Virus record (IMG/VR): IMGVR_UViG_2867339791_000001
Coordinates: 7,046 to 71,045 of that record
Strand: one strand, 5' to 3'
From: a virus
Length of the DNA: 64,000 nucleotides
The translations under genes and the position numbers were made by a program. This document shows positions 34,794-44,559 of the stretch, piece by piece. Under the pieces are notes generated by a model. It saw only the letters and a list, made by a program, of their open reading frames with translations. It was not told the DNA's origin and made no database searches. The stretch's first letter is position 1; each line of letters opens with the position of its first letter.

Positions 34794-35111
34794 ATGACCG
34801 ACTTCAACGCCGAGCTGCCCACGAACGCGGGTGTGCTTCTGACCACCCGCACCGGCACCACCAGCGGCGACACGGTCCCCGCCGGCTGCGTGCTGATCCT
34901 CCGCAACGCGGGCGCCGCGTCCCACACCGTCAGCCTGACCGTAGGCGCAACGTTCGACGGCCTGTCCGTCTCGAACAGGGCAGTGTCGATCGGCGCGGGC
35001 GGTGTCGGCGCGATCCGGGTCCCGGCCAACTACGGCGACGCGAACGGCCGCGTGCCTATCGCGATCAACGGCACCGCCAACGAAGTCACCTACCAGATCC
35101 TCGGGATGTGA
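34794..35111 (+). CDS. Small virion protein
   Basis: Beta-rich; neck region. Confidence 0.6.
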   Translation: MTDFNAELPTNAGVLLTTRTGTTSGDTVPAGCVLILRNAGAASHTVSLTVGATFDGLSVSNRAVSIGAGGVGAIRVPANYGDANGRVPIAINGTANEVTYQILGM

Positions 35112-35113
35112 GC

Positions 35114-35680
35114 ATGCGACCGAACGCCGAGTACATCGCCAACCGGACCATCCTGGTGAACTCCGTCCGGGCCTACAACCCGGGCGACGACGTGTTCGCC
35201 TCCGCCGTCGAGAACCTGGGCCTCACCGTGGGGGTGGACGTGCTTCCCGCCAACCCGAACGTGATCCCCCGCCCGGCGGCGAACGCGCGCCGCGCCGACT
35301 GGGTGGCGTACTGGGTGGGGCAGGGCATGCCGCAGGACCAGGTCGACGAGATGACCCGCGACCAGCTCGCCGCCCGGGAGCCCGAGGTCATCGGCTCTCC
35401 CGACCTCGACGCCAATTTGACCGTGCCGGCCGTCCCGAACCCCACCCCGAGCCCGGCCCCGGACACGGTGGCGTTCCAGGTGGCCGAGCAGTCTGGCCAG
35501 GCCGCCGAGCAGCAGGCGGCGGAACGGGTGGAGCGGCCCGGCCAGGGCGCCCGGAAGGCCGAGTGGGTGGAGTACGCCGTCTACCGGGGCATGGCGCGTG
35601 AGACGGCCGAGGAATCGACGATCCCGCAGCTCGCCGCCTGCGACTACGACAACCTGTTCGGCCCCGAACGGCCCGAGTAA
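35114..35680 (+). CDS. Hypothetical neck-region protein with repeated (R/K)A(D/E)WV.Y motif
   Basis: RRADWVAYW and RKAEWVEYA repeats. Confidence 0.6.
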   Translation: MRPNAEYIANRTILVNSVRAYNPGDDVFASAVENLGLTVGVDVLPANPNVIPRPAANARRADWVAYWVGQGMPQDQVDEMTRDQLAAREPEVIGSPDLDANLTVPAVPNPTPSPAPDTVAFQVAEQSGQAAEQQAAERVERPGQGARKAEWVEYAVYRGMARETAEESTIPQLAACDYDNLFGPERPE

Positions 35681-35719
35681 ACAACGATGGCGGCCGAGTC
35701 GTCCCCAGCCGCCGTCGTT

Positions 35720-36235
35720 CTAGCGCCGGAAAAGACCTCTGTTCTCGCGCCTGTACCTGAATGCCGGCCGCACGATGAGGATGGCCAGGCCGATCTGAAC
35801 CACAAGAGCGATCACGACCAGGATGGCCGATGCTCGCCCGTGCACGGACCCTGACGCGTAGCCGAAACCAAAGGTCGACACGATCGCCGCCACGAAGAAG
35901 GGCAGCGCCTCGTTCCATACCTTCTCCGGGACAGTCGTGTGACGCGCGAGCCATTGCGTTGTGGCGTGCCTGACGGACACGAACACTCTTGGCAATGCCC
36001 TACCCGCTGCCCCCGTTGAGAAGCGAAGTGCGGTCATCAACTTGAGCAGCTTCCCCGGCCGCTCATCGATGATTGCGGTCCATTCCTCCGCGTACCCGGC
36101 CGCGATGTCCGGGTCGATCGTCCACCTGTAGGCGGCCCAGCGGACGAGCTTGCGGGCCGCCCACGGGGACACGTCGGTCATCTCGTTGACCAGCAGCCCG
36201 AAGACGAAGCTGGCGATGATCTCCCAGCCGTTCAC
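35720..36235 (-). CDS. Membrane protein of a PadR moron
   Basis: GTG coupled to the PadR stop; three hydrophobic segments; lower GC. Confidence 0.65.
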   Translation of the reverse strand: MNGWEIIASFVFGLLVNEMTDVSPWAARKLVRWAAYRWTIDPDIAAGYAEEWTAIIDERPGKLLKLMTALRFSTGAAGRALPRVFVSVRHATTQWLARHTTVPEKVWNEALPFFVAAIVSTFGFGYASGSVHGRASAILVVIALVVQIGLAILIVRPAFRYRRENRGLFRR

Positions 36236-36561
36236 GCCTCGCACCAGCCGAAGGCCAGACGGGGGCGCGTGGTCGGCGCGGGCTTCGGCCGGCGGGCGGC
36301 GATCAGCTCGCGTGCGCTCGTGACGCCGTGCGGGGTGAGGCGGTAGTACCGGCGGCGGGGCTTGCCCGGCTCGGCGTCCTCCTCCCAGCGGGAGGTGACC
36401 CACTTCGACTCGGCGAGCCGTTCGAGCATCTTGTAGATCGTGGGGCCCGACTTCCCGGTCGCCTTCATAATCGCCCAGCCGTGCAGCTCGTTGTCGTCTG
36501 CGTCGAGGAGGGCGTCGAGGACGGCCAGGAGTGGCCCGGTAACACGTACAGGTCCATCCAC
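36232..36561 (-). CDS. PadR-family transcriptional regulator
   Basis: LHGWAIMKATGKSGPTIYKMLERL...GKPRRRYYRLTPHG. Confidence 0.9.
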   Translation of the reverse strand: MDGPVRVTGPLLAVLDALLDADDNELHGWAIMKATGKSGPTIYKMLERLAESKWVTSRWEEDAEPGKPRRRYYRLTPHGVTSARELIAARRPKPAPTTRPRLAFGWCEA

Positions 36562-36657
36562 GGCCTTAACGATACTAGGTGAAATAAGGGTCGTCCACTC
36601 GCGCAGCGGGCGTGTCCCACCAGGACCGTCCCACCAGGACGACGCGACCGACCGGGG

Positions 36658-37095
36658 GTGATGCACATGGCCCGTGTGGCGTGGAACTACGCCGAAGATG
36701 AACGGCTCCTGCACTCCGAGGCCGGCCCGGTCGGACGGGACCTGGCCCGCAAGGGCGAACGCGTCGCGGCCGAGCAGCGCCGCACCGCCCCCGTCTCCCC
36801 CGACGGCTCCCACGGCCGTGAGCCCGGCTACATGCGCGACCACATCAGCTCGAACCTCGACCGCGACAGCCTCGGCCTGTACGTCGACATCGGCACCGAC
36901 GCGAAGACCCCCAACGGCCACGCGTACCCGCTCGATGTGGAGCTGGGCACCCGCCCGCACACCATCACCTCGCACGGCGACTACCCGCTGCGGAACCCGA
37001 AGACCGGGCAGGTGTTCGGCAAGACCGTCGAGCACCCGGGCGCCGACCCGCAGCCGTTCCTACGGCCCAGCCTGGACGTGCTCCGGCGCGAGTAA
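36658..37095 (+). CDS. Neck/tail-completion protein (HK97 gp10-like)
   Basis: APVS..G.MRDHI..YP..VELGT..HPG..PQPFLRPSL. Confidence 0.8.
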   Translation: MMHMARVAWNYAEDERLLHSEAGPVGRDLARKGERVAAEQRRTAPVSPDGSHGREPGYMRDHISSNLDRDSLGLYVDIGTDAKTPNGHAYPLDVELGTRPHTITSHGDYPLRNPKTGQVFGKTVEHPGADPQPFLRPSLDVLRRE

Positions 37096-37117
37096 CCCCC
37101 TGAGGGCGGAGGTGATC

Positions 37118-37543
37118 GTGGCCGCCTTCGTAGACGCCGAACGGGCCGTCGCCGACTGGGTCAACTCCCTCGACGGCAGCCTCGTCGGCGTCGGCCACCC
37201 CCTCGCCAAGGGCGCACACCTCACCGCCCTACGCGGCGCCGCATCGGCCTGCTACGCCCTGATCAGCCTCCTGCCCGGCTCCGTCGCCCTCGGCCCCGAG
37301 AACCCCGACCACCGGGCCCGCATCTCCGCCTCCATCTACGGCCCCACCAAGGAAGCCGCCACCGCCGCAGCGGTCGCCTACGCGAACGCGCTGCTCACCC
37401 TCGACGGCCGCCGCCAACCCATGGGCCAAGCCGTCATCTGCCTCGTCGTCGACCCCGACAGCATCTCCGGCCCCTCCTGGGCGCCCGAGCCCACCGGACC
37501 GCGGCTGCTGGTCGACGCCGACTTCTACCTCCGCGCGGCGTAG
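37118..37543 (+). CDS. Tail terminator-like protein
   Basis: Position before the major tail gene; RBS GGAGG. Confidence 0.6.
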   Translation: MAAFVDAERAVADWVNSLDGSLVGVGHPLAKGAHLTALRGAASACYALISLLPGSVALGPENPDHRARISASIYGPTKEAATAAAVAYANALLTLDGRRQPMGQAVICLVVDPDSISGPSWAPEPTGPRLLVDADFYLRAA

Positions 37544-37610
37544 CGCCGCCCGGCCCCGCCTGCCTTCCGCCCCTACTGGCCCGGCGTAGCGCCGGGGAGA
37601 GGACCCTGTC

Positions 37611-38192
37611 ATGCCTGCTGTCGCCGCACCGAAGAACGCCCTCAGCTTCGGCGCCGGGTGGCTGTACTACGCCCTGCCCGGCACCAGCGTTCCCGCCTCC
37701 ACCGTCGCCGGATCGGTGTTCACCGACGCCTGGCCCGCCGGCTGGACCCTGCTCGGCGTGACCCGCGAGGGCCACGAGTTCTCCTACGAGCTGGCCACCG
37801 AGCCCGTCGAGGCCGCCGAATACCTGGACCCGATCGCCACCGTCACGACCGGCCGCACCGTCGGCATGACCTTCGAGATGATGCAGATCCACGCCACGAA
37901 CCTGAAGCGGGCGCTCAACGGCGGCAACATCGTCACCACCGGCTCCGGGGGCACCCTGCGGTCGGAGTACACGCCGCCGGCGATGGGCCAGGAAATCCGC
38001 TGCATGATCGGCTGGGAATCCACCGACCTCACCGAGCGGGTCTACGCCGAGCAGGCGTTCCAGGTCGGCAACGTGGCGATCGCCCGCCGCCGAGGCGCGG
38101 CCAACGCCGGCCTGCCCGTCGACTTCCGGTTCGAGCCGGCCGCCGACGGCCAGCCGTTCCACCACATCTTCGCGGGCACCGCCCGCGGCTGA
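37611..38192 (+). CDS. Major tail protein
   Basis: GAGWLYYA..WT.LG.TREG..F.YE; RBS GGAGAGG; position. Confidence 0.85.
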   Translation: MPAVAAPKNALSFGAGWLYYALPGTSVPASTVAGSVFTDAWPAGWTLLGVTREGHEFSYELATEPVEAAEYLDPIATVTTGRTVGMTFEMMQIHATNLKRALNGGNIVTTGSGGTLRSEYTPPAMGQEIRCMIGWESTDLTERVYAEQAFQVGNVAIARRRGAANAGLPVDFRFEPAADGQPFHHIFAGTARG

Positions 38193-38227
38193 ACCCTGAC
38201 CAACAACACCGCTGGGGGTGCTGAGTA

Positions 38228-38704
38228 ATGACCGTGCACGAGTTGCAGGCGGCGTCGGAAGGCGTCGAGATCGTCGGAGGCGGTGAGAAGGTCGAGTTCC
38301 TGGGCGAGTGGTATCGCATCGCCGAGAAGGTCGGCCTGATGCCGCTGATGCGGTTCGCGATGACCGCGAAGCAGGGCGCGAAAGCAGACGACATGGAGGG
38401 CCTGGCAGCCATGTACGCCCTGATCCGCGACTGCATCGACCCGACCGACTGGGACCGGTTCGAGGACGACGCGACGATGAAGAAGGCCGAGGCGGACGAC
38501 CTGCTGAAGGTCGTCCAGGACACCATCCAGATCCTGTCCGCCCGCCCTACCCAGCGGCCCGCCGACTCCTCGGTTGGGCCGCAGACCACCTCGGAGAGCT
38601 CGAAGGCACCCTCCTCCTCGCCGCAGGCGGACCAGCGTGTGCCGCAGGGTGCCGACGAGATGGTGTCCATCGACGAGCTGCTTGCAGCCCAGTCGAGCAC
38701 CTGA
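38228..38704 (+). CDS. Tail assembly chaperone
   Basis: Between major tail and tape measure; DWDRF..; RPTQRPADSS tail. Confidence 0.75.
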   Translation: MTVHELQAASEGVEIVGGGEKVEFLGEWYRIAEKVGLMPLMRFAMTAKQGAKADDMEGLAAMYALIRDCIDPTDWDRFEDDATMKKAEADDLLKVVQDTIQILSARPTQRPADSSVGPQTTSESSKAPSSSPQADQRVPQGADEMVSIDELLAAQSST

Positions 38705-38889
38705 CCGTCCGGGAGCTGTGCAACATCGTCTACGCCTACCTGCGGCGTGACCTGGCCCAGTCCCTCACCCTCGCCACCGGCAAGGAACGCCAGACCGCCA
38801 TGTCGGACTTCGACGCCTGGGTGAACGGCCCGATCGAAGGCTGGGACGAGATGGACCGCAAGCTCAACCGGGCGCTCCAACGCGCGTGA
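38701..38889 (+). CDS. Tail assembly chaperone downstream (-1 frame) segment
   Basis: LTVRELCNIVYAYL..; no ATG/GTG/TTG near its 5' end; -1 frame open from at least 38308. Confidence 0.45.
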   Translation: MTVRELCNIVYAYLRRDLAQSLTLATGKERQTAMSDFDAWVNGPIEGWDEMDRKLNRALQRA

Positions 38890-38910
38890 CCGCACGGCTG
38901 GGGGTGCCCG

Positions 38911-41900
38911 ATGGGTGTCCCCCTGGCTGAGGCGTTCGTGAGGGTCCGCGCCGACACCCGCGACTTCAAGCGGGACACCGAGCGGGACGCTTCCCAGTCC
39001 GGTGACCGGGCCGGGAACAGCTTCGCCGGGGCGTTCGGCCGCACCCTCGCCGGTAAGGCCGCCGGCCTGTTCGCCCGGTTCCGGCGGCAGGCCGAGGCGT
39101 CCACGGACGGGGCCGGAGCGACCGCCGGTGCCCGATTCGGCAGCGAGTTCGTCCGCGACGCGGTCGGCCGGCTCCGCGACGGCAGGGGCCGGTTCGTGTC
39201 GGAGGGCGCGGCGGCCGGCGCCGGCTTCGGTGACGCGTTCGTGCGGGACGCGTCCGGGCGGCTGCGGGACGCCCGCGGCCGGTTCACCGCGGAGGGCCGC
39301 GCCAGCGGGGACGGCTTCGCCAACGCGTTCGGTCCTGGCGTGGCCAGCAGCATCTCCCGGGTCAGCGCGCTGATCGCGGTGGGTGTTGCTCTCGGCCCGG
39401 CGATCATCCCCGTTGCGGCCGCTGCTGCGGCGGCGGTCGCCGGCATCGGCACGGCCGCGATCGCCGCGTTCGCCGGCCTCGGCGTCGGGGTGCTCGCGTT
39501 CATGGGCGTCGCGGACGCGGTCAAGGCCATGGGTGCGGCCGAGGACGCGGCGGCCGACAACGCCGCCGCCCTGTCCCGGGCCCATTCCGCCGTCGAAGCG
39601 GCGGCCGACGGGGTGCGGCAGGCAGAGCAGTCTCTCGCGCGTACCCGCGAGCAGGCCGCCGCGTCGAACGAGCAGGCCGCGCGCCGGGTCGCCGAGAGTG
39701 AGCGGGACCTGTCCCGCGCCCTCAAAGATCAACTCCGGGTGGCTCAGGAGCTGAACGAGGCCCGCGAGGAAGCCAAGCGGCGACTCGACGACCTCAACCA
39801 GTCCCTCGCCGAGAACACCCTCAGCCAGCGTCAGGCCACCCTCGACGTCGCCGAGGCCAAGGCCGAGCTGGACAAGGTGCTCGCCGACCCGAAGGCGACC
39901 GAAGCGCAGCGCGAGCAGGCCCGCATCACCTACGAGCGCAACGTCCTGCAACTGGCCGACCTTCAGCGGCGCGGCAAGGAGCTGGCCGACGACACCGCGA
40001 AGGCCAACAAGGCCGGCGTCGAGGGATCCCGGGAGGTGCAGGCCGCCCGCGAGCGCATCGCGGACGCCGACGAGCGGGTGCGGGCCAGCCAGCAGGCCCT
40101 CACGGATGCCCGCCGGGAGCAGGCCCGCGCGGAGCGGGACGGGATCTACCAGATCCAGCAGGCCCAACAGCAGTTGATCTCCGCTCAGCGGTCGCTGCGG
40201 GACGCGACCGTCGCCTCCGGCACCGCCGGGGCCGCGGCCATGGACAAGCTGCGCCAGTCCTTGGAAGGGCTGTCGCCGGCCGGCCAGCGCTTCGCCAAGT
40301 TCCTGTTCGGGCTGAAGGACGAAGTCCAGCGGATCCGGGCTGCCGCCCAGGAAGGGCTGCTACCCGGAGCGCAGGAGGCCATCGAGAACCTGCTGCCGTA
40401 TCTGCCGCAGGTCGAGCGGTTCGTGGGCGGGATCGCCGGCCGGCTGGGTGACATGGCGGTGCGGGCGTCGAAGGCGCTGACGGGGCCGTTCTGGCGGTCC
40501 TTCTTCGGCATGATCGACAAAACGGCCGGGCCCGCCCTGGACGGCATGTTCGAGGCGACGGGCAACATCGCCGAGGGCTTCGCCGCGATCTTGCAGGCGT
40601 TCATGCCGCTCAACCGCGACATGGGCAAGGGCCTGGTCGGACTGACCGCGTCCTTCGCCGACTGGGCCAAGGGCCTGTCCGGGTCGAAGGGCTTCCAAGA
40701 GTTCGTCGATTACGTCCGCGAGTACGGGCCGCCCGCCCTGCGCTTCCTGTGGGATCTGCTGAAGGTCGGCGGCAAGCTGCTCGTCTCCCTCGCCCCGCTC
40801 GGCGCCGTCCTGGTGACCGGGCTCGGCAAGCTCGCCGACATCCTGGCCAGCCTCGACCCGGGCGTGCTGCTCGCGATCACCGCCGGCATCGCCGCACTGA
40901 TCGCGGTGTCCATCGGCCCGCTGTCCGCCGCGATCATCGCGATCGTCGCCGCCGCTGGCGGCATCTACTACCTGCTCAACCGGTTCGGCCTGCTGAAGCC
41001 CCTCATCGCCGGGGTCACCGCCGCAGTGCAGTGGGCGTGGCAGAACGTGCTTCAGCCGACGTTCGCGGCGATCGCCTCGTTCGTCATGGAGCAGGTCGTG
41101 CCGGCCGTCATGTGGCTGTGGCACAACGCGATCGGGCCCGCGTTCCAGGGCATCGCCGCGGCCGGCCAGTGGCTGTGGAACACGGTGCTGCTGCCGGTGT
41201 TCTCGGCGCTGCGCGCGTACGTGGTCGACTTCGTGGCCCCCATGTTCCTGTGGTGGTACCGCGAGGTCATCAAGCCGGTGTTCGAGCGGTTCGCGCTCGC
41301 CGCGCAGGTCGCCTGGACGCTGGTCAAGGTCGTCTTCGGGCTGATGCAAATCTATGTGAAGACGGTCCTGGCACCGCTGTGGCGGTGGCTCTACGACAAC
41401 GTGATCAAGCCGGTGTGGAACGGCATCAAGGACACGATCACGCGGATCTGGACCATGTACATCCGGCCGCTGTTCGAGACCTTCGGCGGGTTCATCAAGA
41501 ACCACGTCGCGCCTGCGTTCGAGGCCGGCGTGAAGGCGATCGGCAAGGCGTGGGAGAAGATCCGCGACCTGACGAAGATCCCCGTGCGGTTCGTGGTCGA
41601 GACGGTGATCAACTCGGCGATCATCGGCACCTACAACAAGCTCGCTGGCGTGTTCGGAGTCGACAAGGTCGACAAGGTCGCTCTGCCGAAGGGCTTCGCC
41701 CGCGGTGGTGTCCTGCCCGGCTACACCCCCGGCAAGGACGTCCACCGGTTCTACTCCCCCACCGCCGGGGCGATCGACCTGTCCGGCGGGGAGGCGATCA
41801 TCCGGCCCGAGGGCACCCGCGCCCTGGGCGCCGGCTGGGTCGACGCGGTCAACCGGGCCGCCCGCTCCGGCGGTGTCGCCGGGGTGCGCCGGTTCCTCGG

Positions 41901-42771
41901 CGGCTACGCCGACGGCGGCATCCTCGACCGGCTCGGCAAGGCCGCGTCCTGGGCGAAGCAGAAGGCCGGTGACGCCATCTCCGGCGTCACCGACCTGTTC
42001 ACCGACCCCGCCGGCACCCTCCGCAAGATCGCCGACAAGGTGATCGGGCTGGTGCCTGGCCGGGACACGGCGTTCGGCCGGTTCGCCATCGGGATGCCCC
42101 GCAAGGTCGCCGACGCGGCGGTGGACAAGGTGAAGTCGTGGTTCCGCGGCGGTGAGGACGGCGGCCCCGGGGTGACCGGCTCGTCGCCGCTGGGCGGCTC
42201 GGCCGGCATGATGCGGATCCTGCGCGCCGCGTTCCCCGGCCTGCCGCTGCTGAGTGGTTTCCGGCCGGGATCGATCACCCTGACCGGCAACCGGTCGTAC
42301 CACTCGACGAACCGGGCGGTCGACGTGCCGCCCATCCGCGCAGTCGCCGAATGGATCTTCAAGCACTTCCGGTCCATCACCCGGGAGCTGATCACCCCGT
42401 GGCAGGAATTCAACCTGCACAACGGCAGGTCACACCGCTACACCGGCGCCGTCTGGAACCAGCACAACTTCAGCGGGGGCAACGCGCACAACCACTGGGC
42501 CGCACGCCTCGGCGGCATCGTCCCCGGCATGCCGGCCCGCCTGTTCGACTCCGGCGGCGACTGGCCCTCCGGCACCGTCGGCGTCAACCTCAGCGGACGC
42601 ACGGAGCACGTCGCCACCGGCAGCAGCATGGACAAGGTCGCCGAGCTGCTGGCCGCGATCCGGAAAGACCTGCGGGACCTCGCCGACGCGGTCCGCTCCG
42701 TCGGCCCCGACGTCGGCCAGCAGATCAACGGGGCGACGGCGAACGCCCTGCACCGCGGAAGGGCGAAGTGA
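38911..42771 (+). CDS. Tape measure protein
   Basis: 1286 aa, Ala-rich helical, coiled coils, W/F-periodic repeats, FARGG/YADGG motifs. Confidence 0.93.
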   Translation: MGVPLAEAFVRVRADTRDFKRDTERDASQSGDRAGNSFAGAFGRTLAGKAAGLFARFRRQAEASTDGAGATAGARFGSEFVRDAVGRLRDGRGRFVSEGAAAGAGFGDAFVRDASGRLRDARGRFTAEGRASGDGFANAFGPGVASSISRVSALIAVGVALGPAIIPVAAAAAAAVAGIGTAAIAAFAGLGVGVLAFMGVADAVKAMGAAEDAAADNAAALSRAHSAVEAAADGVRQAEQSLARTREQAAASNEQAARRVAESERDLSRALKDQLRVAQELNEAREEAKRRLDDLNQSLAENTLSQRQATLDVAEAKAELDKVLADPKATEAQREQARITYERNVLQLADLQRRGKELADDTAKANKAGVEGSREVQAARERIADADERVRASQQALTDARREQARAERDGIYQIQQAQQQLISAQRSLRDATVASGTAGAAAMDKLRQSLEGLSPAGQRFAKFLFGLKDEVQRIRAAAQEGLLPGAQEAIENLLPYLPQVERFVGGIAGRLGDMAVRASKALTGPFWRSFFGMIDKTAGPALDGMFEATGNIAEGFAAILQAFMPLNRDMGKGLVGLTASFADWAKGLSGSKGFQEFVDYVREYGPPALRFLWDLLKVGGKLLVSLAPLGAVLVTGLGKLADILASLDPGVLLAITAGIAALIAVSIGPLSAAIIAIVAAAGGIYYLLNRFGLLKPLIAGVTAAVQWAWQNVLQPTFAAIASFVMEQVVPAVMWLWHNAIGPAFQGIAAAGQWLWNTVLLPVFSALRAYVVDFVAPMFLWWYREVIKPVFERFALAAQVAWTLVKVVFGLMQIYVKTVLAPLWRWLYDNVIKPVWNGIKDTITRIWTMYIRPLFETFGGFIKNHVAPAFEAGVKAIGKAWEKIRDLTKIPVRFVVETVINSAIIGTYNKLAGVFGVDKVDKVALPKGFARGGVLPGYTPGKDVHRFYSPTAGAIDLSGGEAIIRPEGTRALGAGWVDAVNRAARSGGVAGVRRFLGGYADGGILDRLGKAASWAKQKAGDAISGVTDLFTDPAGTLRKIADKVIGLVPGRDTAFGRFAIGMPRKVADAAVDKVKSWFRGGEDGGPGVTGSSPLGGSAGMMRILRAAFPGLPLLSGFRPGSITLTGNRSYHSTNRAVDVPPIRAVAEWIFKHFRSITRELITPWQEFNLHNGRSHRYTGAVWNQHNFSGGNAHNHWAARLGGIVPGMPARLFDSGGDWPSGTVGVNLSGRTEHVATGSSMDKVAELLAAIRKDLRDLADAVRSVGPDVGQQINGATANALHRGRAK

Positions 42772-43145
42772 TGGCCGTCATCAACCTCGACCGCGTGTGG
42801 ATCAACCTGATGAGCACCGGCGAAGCCGTCGCCGCGTTCTCCGCCGACCGGGCACGCCGGGTGTCCGTGCAAGGCGAGAACCGCACCTACGGCGGCGGCC
42901 GACGCCGGGCCATCACCCAGGAAGGCCACACCGACGTCATCACGTTCACGCTGCGCCGGGTCACCACCGCGCAGCGGGACCAGCTCCGCGACTGGCTCGG
43001 CCGGGACGTCATGTACCGCGACTACCGCGGCCAGCGGATCGTCGGCACCCTGTTCGACCTCGACATCCGCGAGTACAAGGCGGAGCGGGACCTGTACGAC
43101 CTCGCCACCACCCTCAACGGGGTGACCTGGGTGGAGGGGGCATGA
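42771..43145 (+). CDS. Distal-tail-like minor tail protein
   Basis: Coupled to the TMP stop; position. Confidence 0.65.
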   Translation: MAVINLDRVWINLMSTGEAVAAFSADRARRVSVQGENRTYGGGRRRAITQEGHTDVITFTLRRVTTAQRDQLRDWLGRDVMYRDYRGQRIVGTLFDLDIREYKAERDLYDLATTLNGVTWVEGA

Positions 43146-43414
43146 CCGAGCCGCGCATGGAGCTGGTGCAGGCGGTCGCCGTCAGCGGCGACGAGCGGAC
43201 CCGCTGGTGCGACGGCTGCCTCACCTCCGCCGGGTTCGAGGCCGGCGTGTTCGCCATGCTGCCGTCGGGGTTGCAGCTGCTCGCCACCTTCCAGGGCTGC
43301 GACCGCTGCGACCCCGACGGGACGCTGCTCTGCTTCTACTGCCCCGCCCGAGTCGTCGGCGGCGCGGCGTTCTGGCTGCACATCCGCGACCGGCACGGCA
43401 CCGCGGGAGGCTGA
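43142..43414 (+). CDS. Small zinc-finger protein
   Basis: CDGC..CDRC..CFYC..H..RH; ATGA coupling. Confidence 0.6.
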   Translation: MTEPRMELVQAVAVSGDERTRWCDGCLTSAGFEAGVFAMLPSGLQLLATFQGCDRCDPDGTLLCFYCPARVVGGAAFWLHIRDRHGTAGG

Positions 43415-43415
43415 C

Positions 43416-44543
43416 GTGCAGCCGATCACCGCCGCGCCGCGGAACACGATGACCACGGCGGCGGTCACCCGGCTGCTCCGCGACGCGCCAGCCCTCACCG
43501 TTGGCAAGGGCTTGGAGCTGATCGACCGGAACCTTCAGGTGATCGAGGACATCAGCGCCGACCTGGCCGGCGGTCAGGTGTCCCGCAACTCGTACGCCAA
43601 CCTGCACGCCACCGCCACGCTGTCGCTGTCGCGGGAGCTGGCGTGGGCGTCGGCGCTGGTCCGCCCGTACATGACCCTCTCGGACGGTGTCGACACCGCC
43701 CGGTTCAACCTCGGCGCGTTCTTCACCAACGTGCCCGAGCAGCCCGTGGACGAGCAGCCCGTCACCTACAACGTGAACGGCTACGACATCCTCCACGCCC
43801 TGTACTCGCCCACCGGTGAGGCGTACGCCGTGGACGCCGGGGTCAGCTACCTGGCCGAGGTCGAGCGGATCCTTCAGGCGCAGGGCTACACCCGCTACCT
43901 GATCGACCAGACCCGCGCCGACGCGGTGCTGCCGTCAGCGAAGGTGTGGCCGCTGGACGACCAAACCCGCTGGCTGACCATCGTCAACGACCTCCTCGCC
44001 GCGGTCGGCTACCAGGGCGTCTGGTCGGACTGGGACGGGCAACTGCGGTGCCAGCCGTACCAGCTCCCCCGCGAGCGGGCACCGGAGTGGCTGTACGACA
44101 ACGGCCAGGCCACGGCGATGATCGGCCCCGGCCTGGTCGTCGCCCGGGACTACTTCGAGGCCCCCAACCGGTGGGTCGTGGTGCGGCAGAACGACATCGA
44201 CGGCCCGCCGCCGACCGAGGGGGCCGGCGTCTACACCTGGACGAACGAGGACCAGGGCGACATCAGCGTGGAGGGCCGCGACGGGCGGATCATCACCCGG
44301 GTCGTCTACGTGGACGCCGCCGACCAGGCCGCGTTGGAACGCCTCGCTGAGGTGACCATCGACGCGGACATGCGGATCCCCACGCAGGTGCGGTTGTCGA
44401 CCTCGCCGAACCCGCTGCACTGGCACTTCGACCTGCTGGTGGTCGACCACGCGGCGGTCGGCCGGTACTCCCAGGTGCTCGGCACCTCCTGGACGTTGCC
44501 CCTCGACGGCGGCGACATGACCCACGAGTGGTCGGTGCTGTAG
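43416..44543 (+). CDS. Baseplate hub/minor tail protein
   Basis: Position; PNRWVV, GRIITRV, PNPLHWHFD. Confidence 0.75.
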   Translation: MQPITAAPRNTMTTAAVTRLLRDAPALTVGKGLELIDRNLQVIEDISADLAGGQVSRNSYANLHATATLSLSRELAWASALVRPYMTLSDGVDTARFNLGAFFTNVPEQPVDEQPVTYNVNGYDILHALYSPTGEAYAVDAGVSYLAEVERILQAQGYTRYLIDQTRADAVLPSAKVWPLDDQTRWLTIVNDLLAAVGYQGVWSDWDGQLRCQPYQLPRERAPEWLYDNGQATAMIGPGLVVARDYFEAPNRWVVVRQNDIDGPPPTEGAGVYTWTNEDQGDISVEGRDGRIITRVVYVDAADQAALERLAEVTIDADMRIPTQVRLSTSPNPLHWHFDLLVVDHAAVGRYSQVLGTSWTLPLDGGDMTHEWSVL

Positions 44544-44559
44544 CGGCCGAGGGGGTGTC

